From contig JAYWIR010000014.1 of assembly GCA_036172245.1 (NCBI GenBank), positions 2,356,001 to 2,420,000 of the forward strand: DNA of 64,000 bases, given 5' to 3'. Source of the DNA: Raillietiella orientalis (taxonomy: Eukaryota). The notes under the pieces were generated by a model. That model did no database searches, had not been told where the DNA came from, and saw only the letters and a list, made by a program, of their open reading frames with translations. The first letter of the stretch is position 1. Every line of letters starts with the position of its first letter. Position numbers and translations under genes: made by a program. This document shows, piece by piece, positions 22,161-35,805 of the stretch.

Positions 22161-24786
22161 AGGAAAAAAAAAAAACATTCACTTTTACTGCTTTTTATTT
22201 TAAAAGCATAAAAAAGGTGAATTCATGCAGCTAAAGAGCAGGAGTGCGATTTTGATCAGTTTTTTGATAGTTTCTGTTTGTTCTTTACGATCACTTATTT
22301 TTATAACGATTATTTATGATAGCGTTTGAAATTCCATCTACCTTAGCTGATAACTTTTCAACTGTATGCTGCTTCAGTTCATAACCGTTATTCTTTCCAT
22401 GGCCGAAGAACTTTAAAATGACCCAGTTCCTTGATATTTGAAGTAAAATTCCCCAAAAGTTGATTAAACTATTTATCATTGAAGTACAAGTGAACAGCGC
22501 CAATTTCGTAGAAACAGTGAATTGGCGCCACAACCCGTGTGAATGCCAGATTCATCATGATGTTTTTTTTACCTCCTTGCATCTGATACTACCTTTTAAT
22601 ACAATGTGACTTCGTTTCTTTATGAGATCACACAGCGTCGGCATCATATCAATATGAAGAAAGATCGTAACTTCAAAGCTGCAGAAAGAAAAGCTTCGGT
22701 TGACTTTTTACTTCCTACTATAATTTCATTACAGGAAACTGTTTTCTTATATGATTCGTCTTTTATTTTCATTTCGAATATCTTGATGATGGAAACTGGC
22801 AATTACACGGCAAAGACGAACTGAAGAAAGCACGAATAAAAGCAGACTAGAATGAAAAGAAATCGAAAACTGATTCAATGAAAAAAATAATTTTCAACAA
22901 TCACAAATACTAATAATAAAAAAAATTCCAGGTATTCATCATGTCTTTACATTCACAATGAATTATACAGGTCGCGCCTCGCCTTAATATCTCAAATAAT
23001 TGAACAAAAAATTAACTAAATTTTTAAAAACTTAGGAAACTGCCTGGATTGTGTCAGCTTCTGGATTGTGCAACCTTTAAAAGACTGATAACGGATACAA
23101 CAGAAAGAATGGGAATATATTCAAATATATGGAAGAATGATTTGCACTTTTTGCACTAGCATTTATTGTTTACTGAAATACAGTGACGCAGGATATACAA
23201 ATACCATATATCTAATCAGATCACAATTAACTAAATAGAGTGCACATCAGTTCGAAAAAAGCAGTTGCAGAAAACACGATGCCTCGAAATCTGAAAATTC
23301 AGATGCACAGTTATGTTTTTGCTCTCCCTATAATAGCTTTCTTATTGCAGGCACCCTAGCACTTTATTGCATATGCAGTTGCAGTGTCTCGGTAATCCAG
23401 TGGCAATGCAGCAGTATACGGTAGACTCAGAACTGAAACTCTTGCTTTCCAAAAGCAGTTATTGTGTCCAATAGATGAAATAAAAAATGCTTCCTTCTAG
23501 AAGAAAAAAAGATGACCCATTTTAATCCTGATCTTCCTTCCAAGTCAAAACAATCAATGTTCAGTAATGTATAAGGTAATGAGGCTTTCAATGAGCTGTT
23601 ATCAACATCAGTCTGCACCTATTATTACTAGCAACTCAATATCACAAACTGTGATCCATCCTCCATATTAAATAGTTCAAATAAATCAGAAGAACAATGT
23701 TCCAAAACTTTACGGAATCAGCACTTTAAAGCATAATGGGGTAGAACCCAATTGCAATTTCGAAGTAGGGAATATAGTCTCCAGGCTCGTGCTTTTTCTG
23801 TGTCGTTTGTTATTTTCATAGACAAAAAAGATAGGAGCAAAGATTCAGAATTCTTTGGATAGAAGTTTTAAAGCTATAATTATGGGTTGGTATGCACATA
23901 ATTATAGTAGCTTTGTAAGATTTATACTGAGAATTGTGAGCAATATTATCATGCAATTTGATTTGGGACAAATTTTTTTCGTACTATATTTTGAATTCTC
24001 GACAAAAACAAATCTCTTCTACAGGGTTAAGTATATGTTAATAGTGGAGAATCTCTCCAGACTGATAGTGTCGTATAGCCTACACAAATAAAAAAAACAT
24101 TTTTGAAATAGGAAAGGATTTATTAAGGTTTAACAAAAATCATCTGTACAACTCATTTATCTTTGTTCCGCTAAGGAATTTTTTGGCTACTTACCAAAAA
24201 GTACTTTTGTTGTAATGGAAGGACTCAACTACAATTCAGAAAAAGCATTTGATTCGTGTGAGCTGGTAACACTAGGCAAAACATGCTCTATTAATGATGT
24301 AACGTCGTATCAGTCCCTATTTTCCCATGTTCATTTCCTTATATGTTCTTCATGCAACAGTAATCTTATTTTCAGTATGCAGAAAGAAAGAAATGTAAAA
24401 CTGTAATTTTTACCCAAAATTTCACCCATGCCGGTGTTGATGTAATCTGTCATTAATCTAGATGAAGGGTTTCGTTTTCCATGCAGCGCACAGATGAAGT
24501 TCCCAGTAAACAGAAATGTTTTTTTTATTGTTTGTAAACACTTGTCTCCAGGAGAATTTTTGTTGAGCATCTCCTTTAAAAATTAAGTCATTCGAACAAT
24601 GTTTATACGTTCTCCACATTACGCTTATCTTCGCAAGACGGATTTGTGGGGAAGTTGGAAATCAAATTTCGTTCTGATGTTTTCATGCCTTATGGTGCAT
24701 GAAAAGCACCGGAGCTAAAGAAGGCTTAATTTTTAATTTTTTGGTTTTAATGAGCAGTAGTGAAATCCTAAGCCATCACTTACCCA

Positions 24787-27700
24787 ATGGACAATCTGCT
24801 CAAAAAAGTTGTCTGCCATTTTATAAAGTAAGTTTTGCATTTTGTTGTTTCTATCCATTGCTTTTGAAAAAATCTTTAGATTTTAATTGAGCTTCTTTTT
24901 TCTATTTTCGAATCTGTGAAAGTTATGGTGAATATTGTACATAGTTCTAAGTGACATAGCCTTATTGAGAGCAGTGAGCTTTTTAATAAAGTTGTTATTA
25001 CCGTTTTTTCATTTTAAATTTTATTGCTTTTTGAGTACTTGTTATTAAAGATTTACCAAGAATCTGGCGGCTGATACAATAAACATCAATGCCATGAAAG
25101 GAGAATGCCATTTGACCAATGTGGAGTTAGATGAAAATGTGTTGACAGATTTCTTGGAGCTTCCAACGTGGATGAAGATAACTAAAGCAAAATGTAATAA
25201 AGTATCATGTAGGATTCCGTGGAGATATCTCAAAACATTGCCTATTGAATTAGTAAGTAATATTTATATACTCCACAAAGAAATGATAATGTGGGAAAGT
25301 ATTGCAAGAATTTTTTTCTTTTTTTTGATTTTCGGTTAATAATCAATTGCAATGAAAGCTAACTTAAATGAATATTTAATGCCACTTTTTATTGTAGCAT
25401 TGAGGTACATGTTGGATAGTCTGAGTTAATGTTTTGAAAGCATTCTACTCATAGTACATAAAAATATCCAAGGAAAAAATGAATTGTTTTTCATATATGC
25501 TTTATATATTTTTTTTTTGTCTTTACCATTTTTATTTTAGATCTTAAGTGATGTACATTTGGAAACTGAAGCCTGTGAAAATCTTAGAGTATACAAAAGC
25601 TGTTTAATTTCTGGCAATGCAGAAAAATGTGGTGTCTATGGCTTTATGAATAAGTTGATTGATGGGACAAGAGTCTACATTGACACTATATCAATTTCCT
25701 TTAAACATGCTTCTGCATTTGTCTCACTTTTGGTATTTATCTATTTTGGACTGCTTTCTTATCTTATTTTTAGATCAGATATCTGACTTTCTTGTAGAAT
25801 CATGTTCACCCACATGGCAAAAAGCAGATTTAAAAACAACATATTTAAAGTCCAAAGAGAAGAATGAGATTCTAATATTTAAAGAGATGAAATGTCAGAT
25901 TATAAAAATAGAAGCAAAATCATCTTCAATTGTTTTTCTGAGACAAATCATCAATGACTTGAAAGTTAGGTTAACCATAAAGAAACGTTTAACAGGTAAA
26001 ACTGTTATATGGTGTTGCCTTTATTTAATGTGTAGTACATATTATTTACTATGTATTACATATCAACTAGTAATATGCAATAAGAAAATTGTTTTCAAAA
26101 CACTTCATGCAAATATGTATGCAAACTGTATTGAGAAAAAAAGTATTTGTGTTTCAGACAGCTCACTTCTGGGGAGCAAGCTGGTGCTCATCCTTAATAC
26201 CCAAGTTGTCCTAGCTTTCACTGATTCCCAATTAAAAGCTACTCTTTGGTTTGCCAAGTCTCTATCTAGTCTTTTGGAAAAATCATTTGTGGAAAGCCAT
26301 CACCACACAGCTTTGCGAAAGTTTCAGGTGACTTAGCCTTTTTTTAGACTAATGTGTAATGTATGTATAGCTAGTTTATCTGAAATTAATGTGACACATT
26401 AAACAAATTCATATTGACCGAATCTCTCACTTGCAATAGAATATAATTGTCACTGTGTAGTGTAATAAGAAAATAGAAGTGGATTTGCACAACATTTTTC
26501 TAATTAGATTTAAATTGTTTTTCAGCTGTGCGATTTTGGCAAGACCAACATCAACAGCTCTGTTTGCCTCTTTTATAGTATTTTATTTACAACACTGTAT
26601 TCCGACTTTTTGACATTTCCTCTTTAGATCTGGAGATTTTTCCCTGTCGTCTTTATTTAACAGATTTTTGTGTTCCAAAGATATTGGTTTATAAATAATT
26701 TCAGAATCAAGCATCTTATGAGTGCTTGCAGCGTCACAGTCAGTGGAAAAATGAGGGTAATCTTCGCCACCATGATGTTGTGGAAACTTCATACCATCTT
26801 CTCTTTCAACATTTGATCCTTCACTTTAGTAATGATGTAGCTAGTAAGCACTAACCATATGTTTATTTGCCACCCTTACAATGTCCACTTTTAGCTTTGG
26901 AAACATCAAGTTCTAATATGAAAAAATTGGATGCAGTTCAGCTTCAAGTAAAAGTTTTACAGCTGGATTATTATCCGTATCATGTGGCATGTAGTTCCCG
27001 TCATCATTGGTATCATTATTATGATAATCTAGTGTTTCGATGGCATCAGGAAGATATGCAACGCTTTAGATCACAGCACGCAGGCCTTCTTCTGAGTACA
27101 TTTTGCCCCCAGAATGCTATCAACACAGAAAAGCTTGATACTGAGGTTTGTTTTTGCAGTAAAATTCGTTTTCTTTACGTCCTAGATAAGAATAAGCATT
27201 CAAAAGTGAATGTAGAATCAGAAGCACCGCAGGTGAATTTAGAATGTTTGCTTTCTCACCTCAATGAGCTTATGTCTAGCTGTATTATTCTGCGCATATC
27301 TGAGTTATCTGTTTCTCGAGTTCTTTGCTCTTCACAAGATTCTCGACCTCTCATATCAGGTAATAAGATTTTTTTTTCCTTTACTAGCTGAAACACTTCC
27401 TTCTATAAGGTGGAGGAGGCGTTATGCAAGAAACCTCCGAGAATGGCTTCCAACTCCATATTGAATTTACTCAGTACTACTACCCAGGAAACCAGAGCTT
27501 CCCCAGTGAGTGATCATTGGTGTTTGGTTATCAAAATAAGAGTGGGTTATTTTAGAGCCAAGTTCCAAACTGGCAGTTTATAGCAACATGCTATCTCTTT
27601 CACTGGATATGTTGACAATAGTTTGGCTTAACCGGTTTGTACTTGTTTTAATGGAACCTACACAAAAACTTTGGGAAGGACAATCAAAAACAAACATGAA

Positions 27701-30131
27701 TATTAGATTGGAAGCTACCCATTCGACAGTGAGTTCTTGTTTTCGAGGGTGATGTTTATTTTGCAAATGTAGGTAATGCTAGAGCTGGAGGATAAGCTTT
27801 GCTCAGCTGTTACCCCTCAGAGCATTTGTATTTATGCTTCCAAATTGCAGCTGACAAATGGCCTGATAATAGGCAGCAAGCAGCATATCAATCTGCGCAC
27901 TTGCTTAACTAAATTATCTTATTCATGCAGTGAGGATGTTGTTCATTATGAAAATATTCCTTACTCTGATTGCTATTTCAAGGATGCACTAAGTTAGTCA
28001 ACCTATACTGCATATTTTTCATATAAACCAACAAATTGTTTGTTTCATGTATAGATTGGTATGAGCAAGACCCAAGTCCAGAATTAGATACTGGGCTACC
28101 ATACATATGGTGCATCATTCTGGGCCCTATTACAATGCAATTCCAAAGCATGATAGATTTATCTCTCAAAGCCATCCCATTTTTTCATTCTAATGAAATT
28201 GACTTTTGGTGGTGCAACCCTGCATCAAATAAGCAAGCATCAGAACTAATAGAACCTTCTGAAAATGTGCATATTATCAGTCATGTTCCACAAGTTGCCT
28301 ATATCCAATTAAACCATCATCAGTATATTTTTCTACTGAGTGTGCTGGACTTCTTATTAGAACTAAATTCAGTGCTGCAGGAGGACTGGCACCAACTGAA
28401 TCTTACTGATCAACAAATGACTCTTTTCATGTGCTGTGCTGCCACCCAGATAAACATTTCTATCATCCTTCCTACTTCAGAAGAGAAACCTGGTTTCATG
28501 CAAAAAAGCAGTAGATCAAAAGATTCTTTTCCATGCTCTAGTGGTGGATGTGAAGGAGTCATTGCTCATGATTGCAAATACATTACTCAGAGGGATTTAT
28601 CATATGATTCCCTGGGTTCCTTAATTACTCGTAATTTTACCAACCATCGTGATACCTCGGATGGAAAATCAAAGAGTTCAGATAATTTAAATGACAATGG
28701 CCTGACTGTGGATGGTAAGCAAAAAGTGACTTGGTGTAATGCTACCAAAATAGTAGTGCTTGTTCTTCAGATTTTTCCACAGATTTCACGTTCATTGTAC
28801 ATCATGATTATTTGAGTGCCCTTCACTTGGATTTACGTTGGGAATTTAAAGAGAAGCAAATTGAAGAAGCTGATGAAGTGACAGAAGACACCTTTTCTGA
28901 AATCAGCGCTGATGAAACTGGAATAAGTGTGGTATGAATACGTATAAATGGGAGAAGAACGTTTTTTCAGAAAGTTCCAGACATTCATCATCACTTTTTT
29001 TTTTAAAGATGCTTGATTCTCTTACAGACATCTCTACATGATGTAATTAATGGTCTTGTTTCGTTAAGAGAGCATGTATTCTCTCAATATCTATCAAAAC
29101 ACTGGTGCTTGTGTTATTTTAAGTTGTTCATGTTCAAACCATTTCCACCAAGTTTTATTTTTAAAATCTTTAGGATATGAATAGAAATACAACTAACAAT
29201 GAATACATCACATCAAGTTTTTCATGTCTTTCTTTCTCATCTTTTGGTTTCAGGTAACAGAACTTTCTTTTGCATTTCAAGATAGCATAATTCGTGCCAG
29301 CTTCAATGAACTGTTGTATTTGATGTTTTTTTTTTGCAAGCAAGCAAAAAATGTTGAACACAAAAATGTTGCCTATGAGGATTTGCAGGTATGAAAAAGA
29401 CTCCTTTTTTTAAACTTTTAGTATTAAATATTTCATATTATGTGGTAATGTGACGTTGCTTTTGGAGATTTGTGATATTGATTGTGTTCATTCAGCAAAA
29501 ATTATTGAAAGCAAAAGTCCATTCTGAGTGTAAAGTTCCATGTGGATGGATTCCTACAAAAGATGATAAATCCAAGACAGAAACTTTTGGTTCTTCATTT
29601 GGTTGCAAACCATTGTTGGATGTACAGGATATTACACCGTGGAGAACATTTTTTTCATTTTCGGATGTTGAGTTGAAACTATGCATGTCATCCCTCCTAG
29701 GTCTTTCCGAATTTCTAGAAACTGACAAAATGCAACCACCTGTCCCAGTTCAAGTGAGTTTGGAAACAGATTTTGCATTTAATCCCTGATTTTTAGTTGT
29801 ATATCAAAGAATTACTGTTTACTTTGATTGATGATCGATTTGCTGCATGTGTACCAAAGCAGATGCATATTACAAATGCAGTCATCTTGCAGAATGTTTT
29901 TGATGGCATCCACAATGGTAGGGAAAATGTGCAGTTCTAATGTATAAATAATGCTTATAAGCAGTGTCCAATGAAAAGCCCTGTGAAAATGAGCAAAAAA
30001 AACTTATTGAGGAAGTGAAATCTCTTCAGGATGAAGTGAAAGAGTTGCGTTTGCAACTGAAAAATCAGGAGCTGGAGAATAGGTCATTAAACGAAATTCT
30101 GGAAACAGTACTTAGATGCAGAAAAGATTAA
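24787..30131 (+). CDS. BLTP3: Bridge-like lipid transfer protein 3 (UHRF1BP1/UHRF1BP1L family), multi-exon
   Basis: Exon 24787-24827 spliced to 25051 gives MDNLLKKVVCHFIK-FTKNLAADTININAMKGECHLTNVELDENVL..LELPTW (chorein-N-like, matches the UHRF1BP1 N-terminus). Later FTDSQLKA, DVVETSYHL, DYYPYH; C-terminal coiled coil, TAA 30129-30131. Not all central exon borders resolved. Confidence 0.9.
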
Positions 30132-30826
30132 AATTATTGAAGCACAATAACTTTTTTTATTGGAAAAATATTTTATGCACGTTGTGATGGTTGGGAGAAC
30201 AGAAAGCATGGTTGCATTGTCATGAAGGCCCCTTTTTTATCTCCATTATTCTAGTGATCAATGGCTTGACTGAATTTCTTATCAATATCATTAAGTCATC
30301 ACTGGTCTGAAGACTGAGTATCTAATGCATTTTACGTGATTAATTTGAATGTGAGAACCACCTCGAAAATCTCGCCATTAAACAGTCAAACCTGCTTTCT
30401 AAAAAGTGATATTGCGCTACCAGTATGTGATACTTTGTCAAGAAGTGATCTGAATGCCTTGTGTAAGCTTGCTGGTTTCCATGAACAGTGAATTGTGTAA
30501 CAAACCCTCAAAAAGACTGAAAAATTGACACATTTTGCAATAAAAATTGAATGGAAAGTTAGTTGGATAGCATGATAATGTAAAGTTCCAGTGAGTATAA
30601 TGGAAAGTTTGTTGTCTTACAACTATGAATTGGGTTTTTTCTGCATTTGTGAGTTAGACATGTGGTTTATGGTCGAAGTAACAATCAGTACAATAAATGA
30701 ATTGTATGATTTCAGGGTTATGATCGTTCTCAGTGTTAGAGTGGGAATTCATGATTGTATTGAAAAGTATTGAAGGTTATATGCACATATATATACACAC
30801 ACAGAATCTCCCTTAGGGCTCTAAGT

Positions 30827-31480
30827 TCACTGTAATTGAACCAAAGGTTGCATCAAGTCATCCATGAGCTGGTCGATGTAGTTTTGTGGCATCTTACGAA
30901 TAGCAGCATGAATTGTAAGCTCCTTTAAGGCTGTAAAAAAAAAAAAATTAATTCTGACAAGTCTGACAAAAATTCTTTACGATTTTTAGTGTCGTGTGTG
31001 TGTGTGTTTTTAAGTAGTTATTTCATAATGGGAAACATTCTGGAAAAATACGGAAGGCGATAAATTCACGTGCTCTGTGACAAAACAAGTGTCTTCACGA
31101 CTGCTCCAATCCGACAGGATATCACCGAGCTGAATCGGCACTTATCCTGGGAGAGCCCGGATGATTCTTTTAGCAGTTCCCACATCGTTCAACTTCCTGG
31201 AAATCGCGAACATCCACTGGGATTCTTGAAATCCAAGTGGGAGAACCGCCCGTACGGAGGAACACACATACGTTAAGAGCCCGATGTGACGAAACGATTT
31301 CTTAGTCCATATAGAAAACGGTGTTGGTGACTCGGCTGAATGTAATATTTGTCTCGAAATCCGTACGATTCATTTTCTGGACTCTTAGATTTTCTCATCA
31401 CGTAAAAGGTGCTCTTTACGGTGATGTCGAATGAACTGTGGTACATTCCGAATGTGTGCACATGGTTGTTGTTTGATGTT
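30827..31480 (-). other. Possible spliced transcript without a long ORF (lncRNA or small ORF)
   Basis: Acceptor T-run-ACAG at 30931, donor 31068-31069, 47-nt GTATGT..AG intron 31225-31271, acceptor 31481; frames do not join into a long ORF. Confidence 0.3.
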
Positions 31481-32605
31481 CTGAGAAAGATTCCAATTTG
31501 TTTGGAAAGTTTTCTCTATCTATCCTTATCAATTATCCTTAGTGGCAGCAAATAATGACCATTCTAATGAAGATCATCATCATATCGAGCTGAAGTTAAC
31601 TGCAGCATTTACAAAGGAAGAAAGAAAAGCAATTGAGCGGTCAGTATTGATGGTAGCTGCGTTGGTCATAATTTCTGCTGATTATTCAGAACAGCTCAAT
31701 TAAATATTTTTCAGTTTCTCACTTTAGGAAGCAATATTTGTCGCAAACAGAAAACATGAAACGACCATTGACTAGCTGTTCATTTCCCACCATTGACTGG
31801 GATGAGGAATTGGTTGAAATTACAATGTAAACAAGGTGGAAAGTGACCTGAAAAGCAAATAAATAATTAGACTCACTACAAGTTTTTAGTTTAAAATACT
31901 CTGTGGTGGCGTATTTGCAGAACAATAGTTTGGCGAACATTAACAGCTGTTTTGTTCGTAACCGATAATGTGGACAGCCGAATGGAGAATACAAAAACGG
32001 ACATTGCTTTTGGATACGAGACGCAATTTTATAAGCTGTAGAGCATTGCAATTTTAGATATATTTTCCCCGTCCTAAATACGCATTTGCCAAGACAGTAT
32101 CATAAAAACGTGTGTTGATTGTGAAAATCAGCATCATTGACTAGTTCCCTGATGACACATTAAAACAGTTTCGAAAACCCTATGATAGAAGCACATTCAA
32201 GAATATTGATAGACCACATCACCATTGAGAAATAAGTGTCTTACTCTATCGACAAAATTCAAAGCATTGAGTATTTTTGAGCGCAAGTGACTTTACGTAT
32301 GTGGAACGGCGATTAAAATTACGTATAAACATGCATCCAGTACTTCCATGTTTGCAACAGTTCCTTTACTTTTAATGCAACCATTAAAATCTATATTGTA
32401 GGTGCCTTGAGATAGTAATATGTGAGCTTTAATCTTTCATCAAGGCCTTATTAAATAATCAAAGTGTTAGTAGAATCATTGAGAATGATAAATTTATATT
32501 GTAGCTGCCTTGTTATATTAAATGTGAAAAATTGCAAGATTTTACTAGCTGATGAATACAGCAACGCAATAATCACGAATTAGTTATGTTTTAAATAATA
32601 AAAAG

Positions 32606-33296
32606 GTTCTTTGCCTGCATTCATTTGAAACCTCTACCTTATAAACTGTGGCTTAAACACATCAGAATTAGCGTCTTGGTTGATGTGAAACTACAAAGGA
32701 CAAACACTAATAATAAGTGTGCTCAAGAGGGCAGGTAAAAAAAAAAAAGGAAGTTGCCTATCCTCAGTTCTCTTCTATTTTGTGTTTGTCTACTAAAAAG
32801 ATGATGTAGGCTCATTTGAAAGTTTCATCTCATCGTACTTCATCAGGATTTTTGAAACATATGTTTATCACGAAAATTTCATTAGTGAACCCAATTGCGA
32901 TTCATAACTGTAATACAAGCTTGGTTTTCTTGATTTTTATTCTCACTTTCAGATGCACTGATTACGAAGTGCAGTTAATTCACTCAGAATAATCATGAAG
33001 TCCATATATCTTATTTATTTGTTTTTCTGGACTTATTCATTGGCACATCCAATTTCTTCTATTTTCCATTTTTCATAATCCATGGCAGATATACAAAAAA
33101 TAAAAGCTCCACAAAGGATCGTACGTTTCTTTGTCACTTTCATAACCTTTTGTTATCTGTAGAAGACCAAAGAATAGAATATTCCATCAAAAATACTATT
33201 ATTAATGCTTTACAAAGTATGGAGATTTCACCTTCGTGTTTTGCAGTCATTTGCAGATATGCTTTGGAAGAATTGAAAAATCACTCCAAGGTTTGA
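32606..33296 (+). CDS. Possible 3' exons of a small orphan gene
   Basis: Exons about 32606-32734, 33089-33120 and 33163-33296 join in frame (FFACIHLKPLPYKLWLKH...KDQDQRIEYSIKNTIINALQSM...NHSKV*); 42-nt GT..AG intron 33121-33162; no start or homolog identified. Confidence 0.3.
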
Positions 33297-33666
33297 ACAT
33301 TCTTTGTTTGCTGTTCCATGCCATTATCTCTTCTCTCTGGAAATATCTATCAATATTTTCTTTGAATTATTGATAAATGTATTACTCGTATTTATCTCTT
33401 GATTTATTACATGACGATAGTAAATGCTGTGTAACCGTTACTTCGGAATCCGAGAATCCTGCTTTGGGGATCATTGCCGACGGAGTATGCGGTGTTTTCA
33501 TCGTAAGGTTTAGTTTGTTTGTTTTTGTGAAAATAGTGTCATTTTCCTTTGTGAGAAATGAAAAAACCGGAAAGTTGTTTAAATGCTCAAAATTCTTGAG
33601 AGTTTCATCCTTGTGTTTAAAATATGATAAACATTAATGGGAGGAAACACCTTTTGGTGGTAAACG

Positions 33667-35765
33667 ATGTCTTTATCTGGACCCCGAGTTGTAATTGTAT
33701 ATAAAAGTGATACTGGGTTCGGTTTCAATGTTCGTGGGCAAGTCAGTGAAGGGGGCCAGCTAAAGTCTATTAACGGTGAACTGTATGCACCGCTGCAACA
33801 TGTAAGCTCAGTTCTTGAAGGAGGTGCTGCTGACAGAGCTGGAATCAAAAAAGGAGACAGAATTCTAGAAGTGTTAGTATCAATTTTTTTCAAATGCACC
33901 TTTGTATAGGAGAATTTTAAAGTAGCTGTGTTGGACTCACCAATATAGCCAGCAATTTACTATTTCCGAAAGTGGTTGTATCGTTATATTTTTCTTTTTT
34001 CCGATTTGTGAATTCAAGCAAATAACGTTTGTGTTAATATCAGATAGTTTACTTATAATTTTAATTTTTTTGAAAAAAGAAATGGAGTGAATGCTGAAGG
34101 TGCTACTCACAAACAAGTAGTGGATCTAATCAAGTCTGGAGGTGATGTTTTAGCACTTACAATTATTTCTGTATCACAAAAGGTATGCGCTTCATTTAAA
34201 ATGAAGTGGTAGCTTAGAATTTTCTGAAGGAAGCGGAGAAACTGGAACCTAAAGATGAAGTGTTTAGCTATACTGTGTATGACTACTCAGAGAAAAGGTC
34301 TCTCCCAATCTCTATTCCTGACTACAAATGGATCATTAGAAATGAAGACAAATACGTAGTATAGAATTTTGAAATTATTTTTAACTTTGTATTTAATCTT
34401 ATAACTATTATATTGTGCAAAATCAGAAAATTAATTTTAGGTTTATAACATTTACATGGCAGGCCGCCATTTGTGTTCACATCGATACAGAGAATTTCAT
34501 AATCTACATATGAATCTGAAAAAGGAATTCTATGACTTTACTTTTCCTAAACTTCCAAGTCGTTGGCCATTTTCCTTAACAGAGCAGCAATTAGATGCTC
34601 GTCGTAGAGGTTTGGAATATTATCTGGAGAAAGTGTGTGTGGTAAAAGTGATTGCAGAAAGTGACATCATTCAAGAATTTTTGACTGAAAGTCAAGATGA
34701 TCAGGCAAGCTGATTGTGTTTAAAATATCATAATGATAAATTATGTTAGTCAGCATTAGTGGATCTTAAAGTTCTTTTGCCAAATCAGTCCATAATTACT
34801 GTTACCATTAAACGTAATACTGCATCTCAGGAAGTGTATGAGCAGATAGCAAATAAGATAGGCTTGTCCAAGAATGCTAGCCAATACTTTGCTCTTTTTG
34901 AGATGGTAGAACACAATTTTGGTAAGTATGCAATACCAAAAACTCAAGTCACATCATAACTTTTTAGAACGAAAGTTACTGGATGGTGAACAACCACATT
35001 CTCTTTACATTCAGAACTACAGTACAGTTACAGCTACTTGCCTATTATTACGACGTTGGCTTTTTCATCCCACTTTGGAGATGAGCTTACAAAATGATGA
35101 TTTTTTCATGACGTTATTATTCTGGGATGTAAGTGAAAAGAAGATTTTGAAGTTTTTATTGTGTATATGATTAGACCATAGGAGAAGTGAACAAAGGTCA
35201 CATTTTGGCTGGTGAAAGGTTGTATGAACTTAAAGCTTTACAAAATGACTCACGAAAATCAGAGGTTAGAAATTAAAAGTAGTGGTATTTTCTAATAGAT
35301 GATCTTCAGTATCTTCAACTCGCCCATTCTCTGCAAGGATATGGTTATGTTACTTTTCCACATGCACCTTGGAGTGCCCGCAAAACTGGTCATGTGATAG
35401 TAATGATTGGTGCTGCTGACGTTAAACTCCAAGCTACTCTGAGTGATGGTACATTGGAGGTGAGCAAATTCAATGCCTTATTGTTTGATTTTGATTTGAA
35501 CATGTGGTAGAATCATAGTATTAATATCAGCTGGAAGGAAATAAGTGAATTTGATACTGATGAAGCTGAAGTAGCATTCATGTTTATGTACACTCAACAA
35601 GAGAAAGCCCGCTGGATCCGCATTTTCACTCCTTATGTATGTATGTATTGTAAACTGGATTCAGTGTAGAGCTTCCTGTAGTATCACTACATGGCAGAAT
35701 GTTTTGAGCGAGTACGAGAAGAATACCAGTGGGCAGCTCACCAACCTTCCAACCATACACAATAA
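33667..35765 (+). CDS. SNX27: Sorting nexin-27 (PDZ-PX-FERM), 10 coding exons
   Basis: [40 protein letters not shown] (PDZ); [29 protein letters not shown] (PX); FERM-like exons. Exons 33667-33872, 34080-34182, 34230-34358, 34441-34704, 34750-34921, 34968-35128, 35175-35264, 35310-35459, 35511-35636, 35682-35765. Confidence 0.97.
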
Positions 35766-35805
35766 AGAATGCCAGCAATTGTTTGAATTTTTATTTTAAA
35801 GAAAT

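Noticed and set aside
22291..22533. 80-aa minus ORF with a hydrophobic segment
   Set aside because: No start, splice or homology support.
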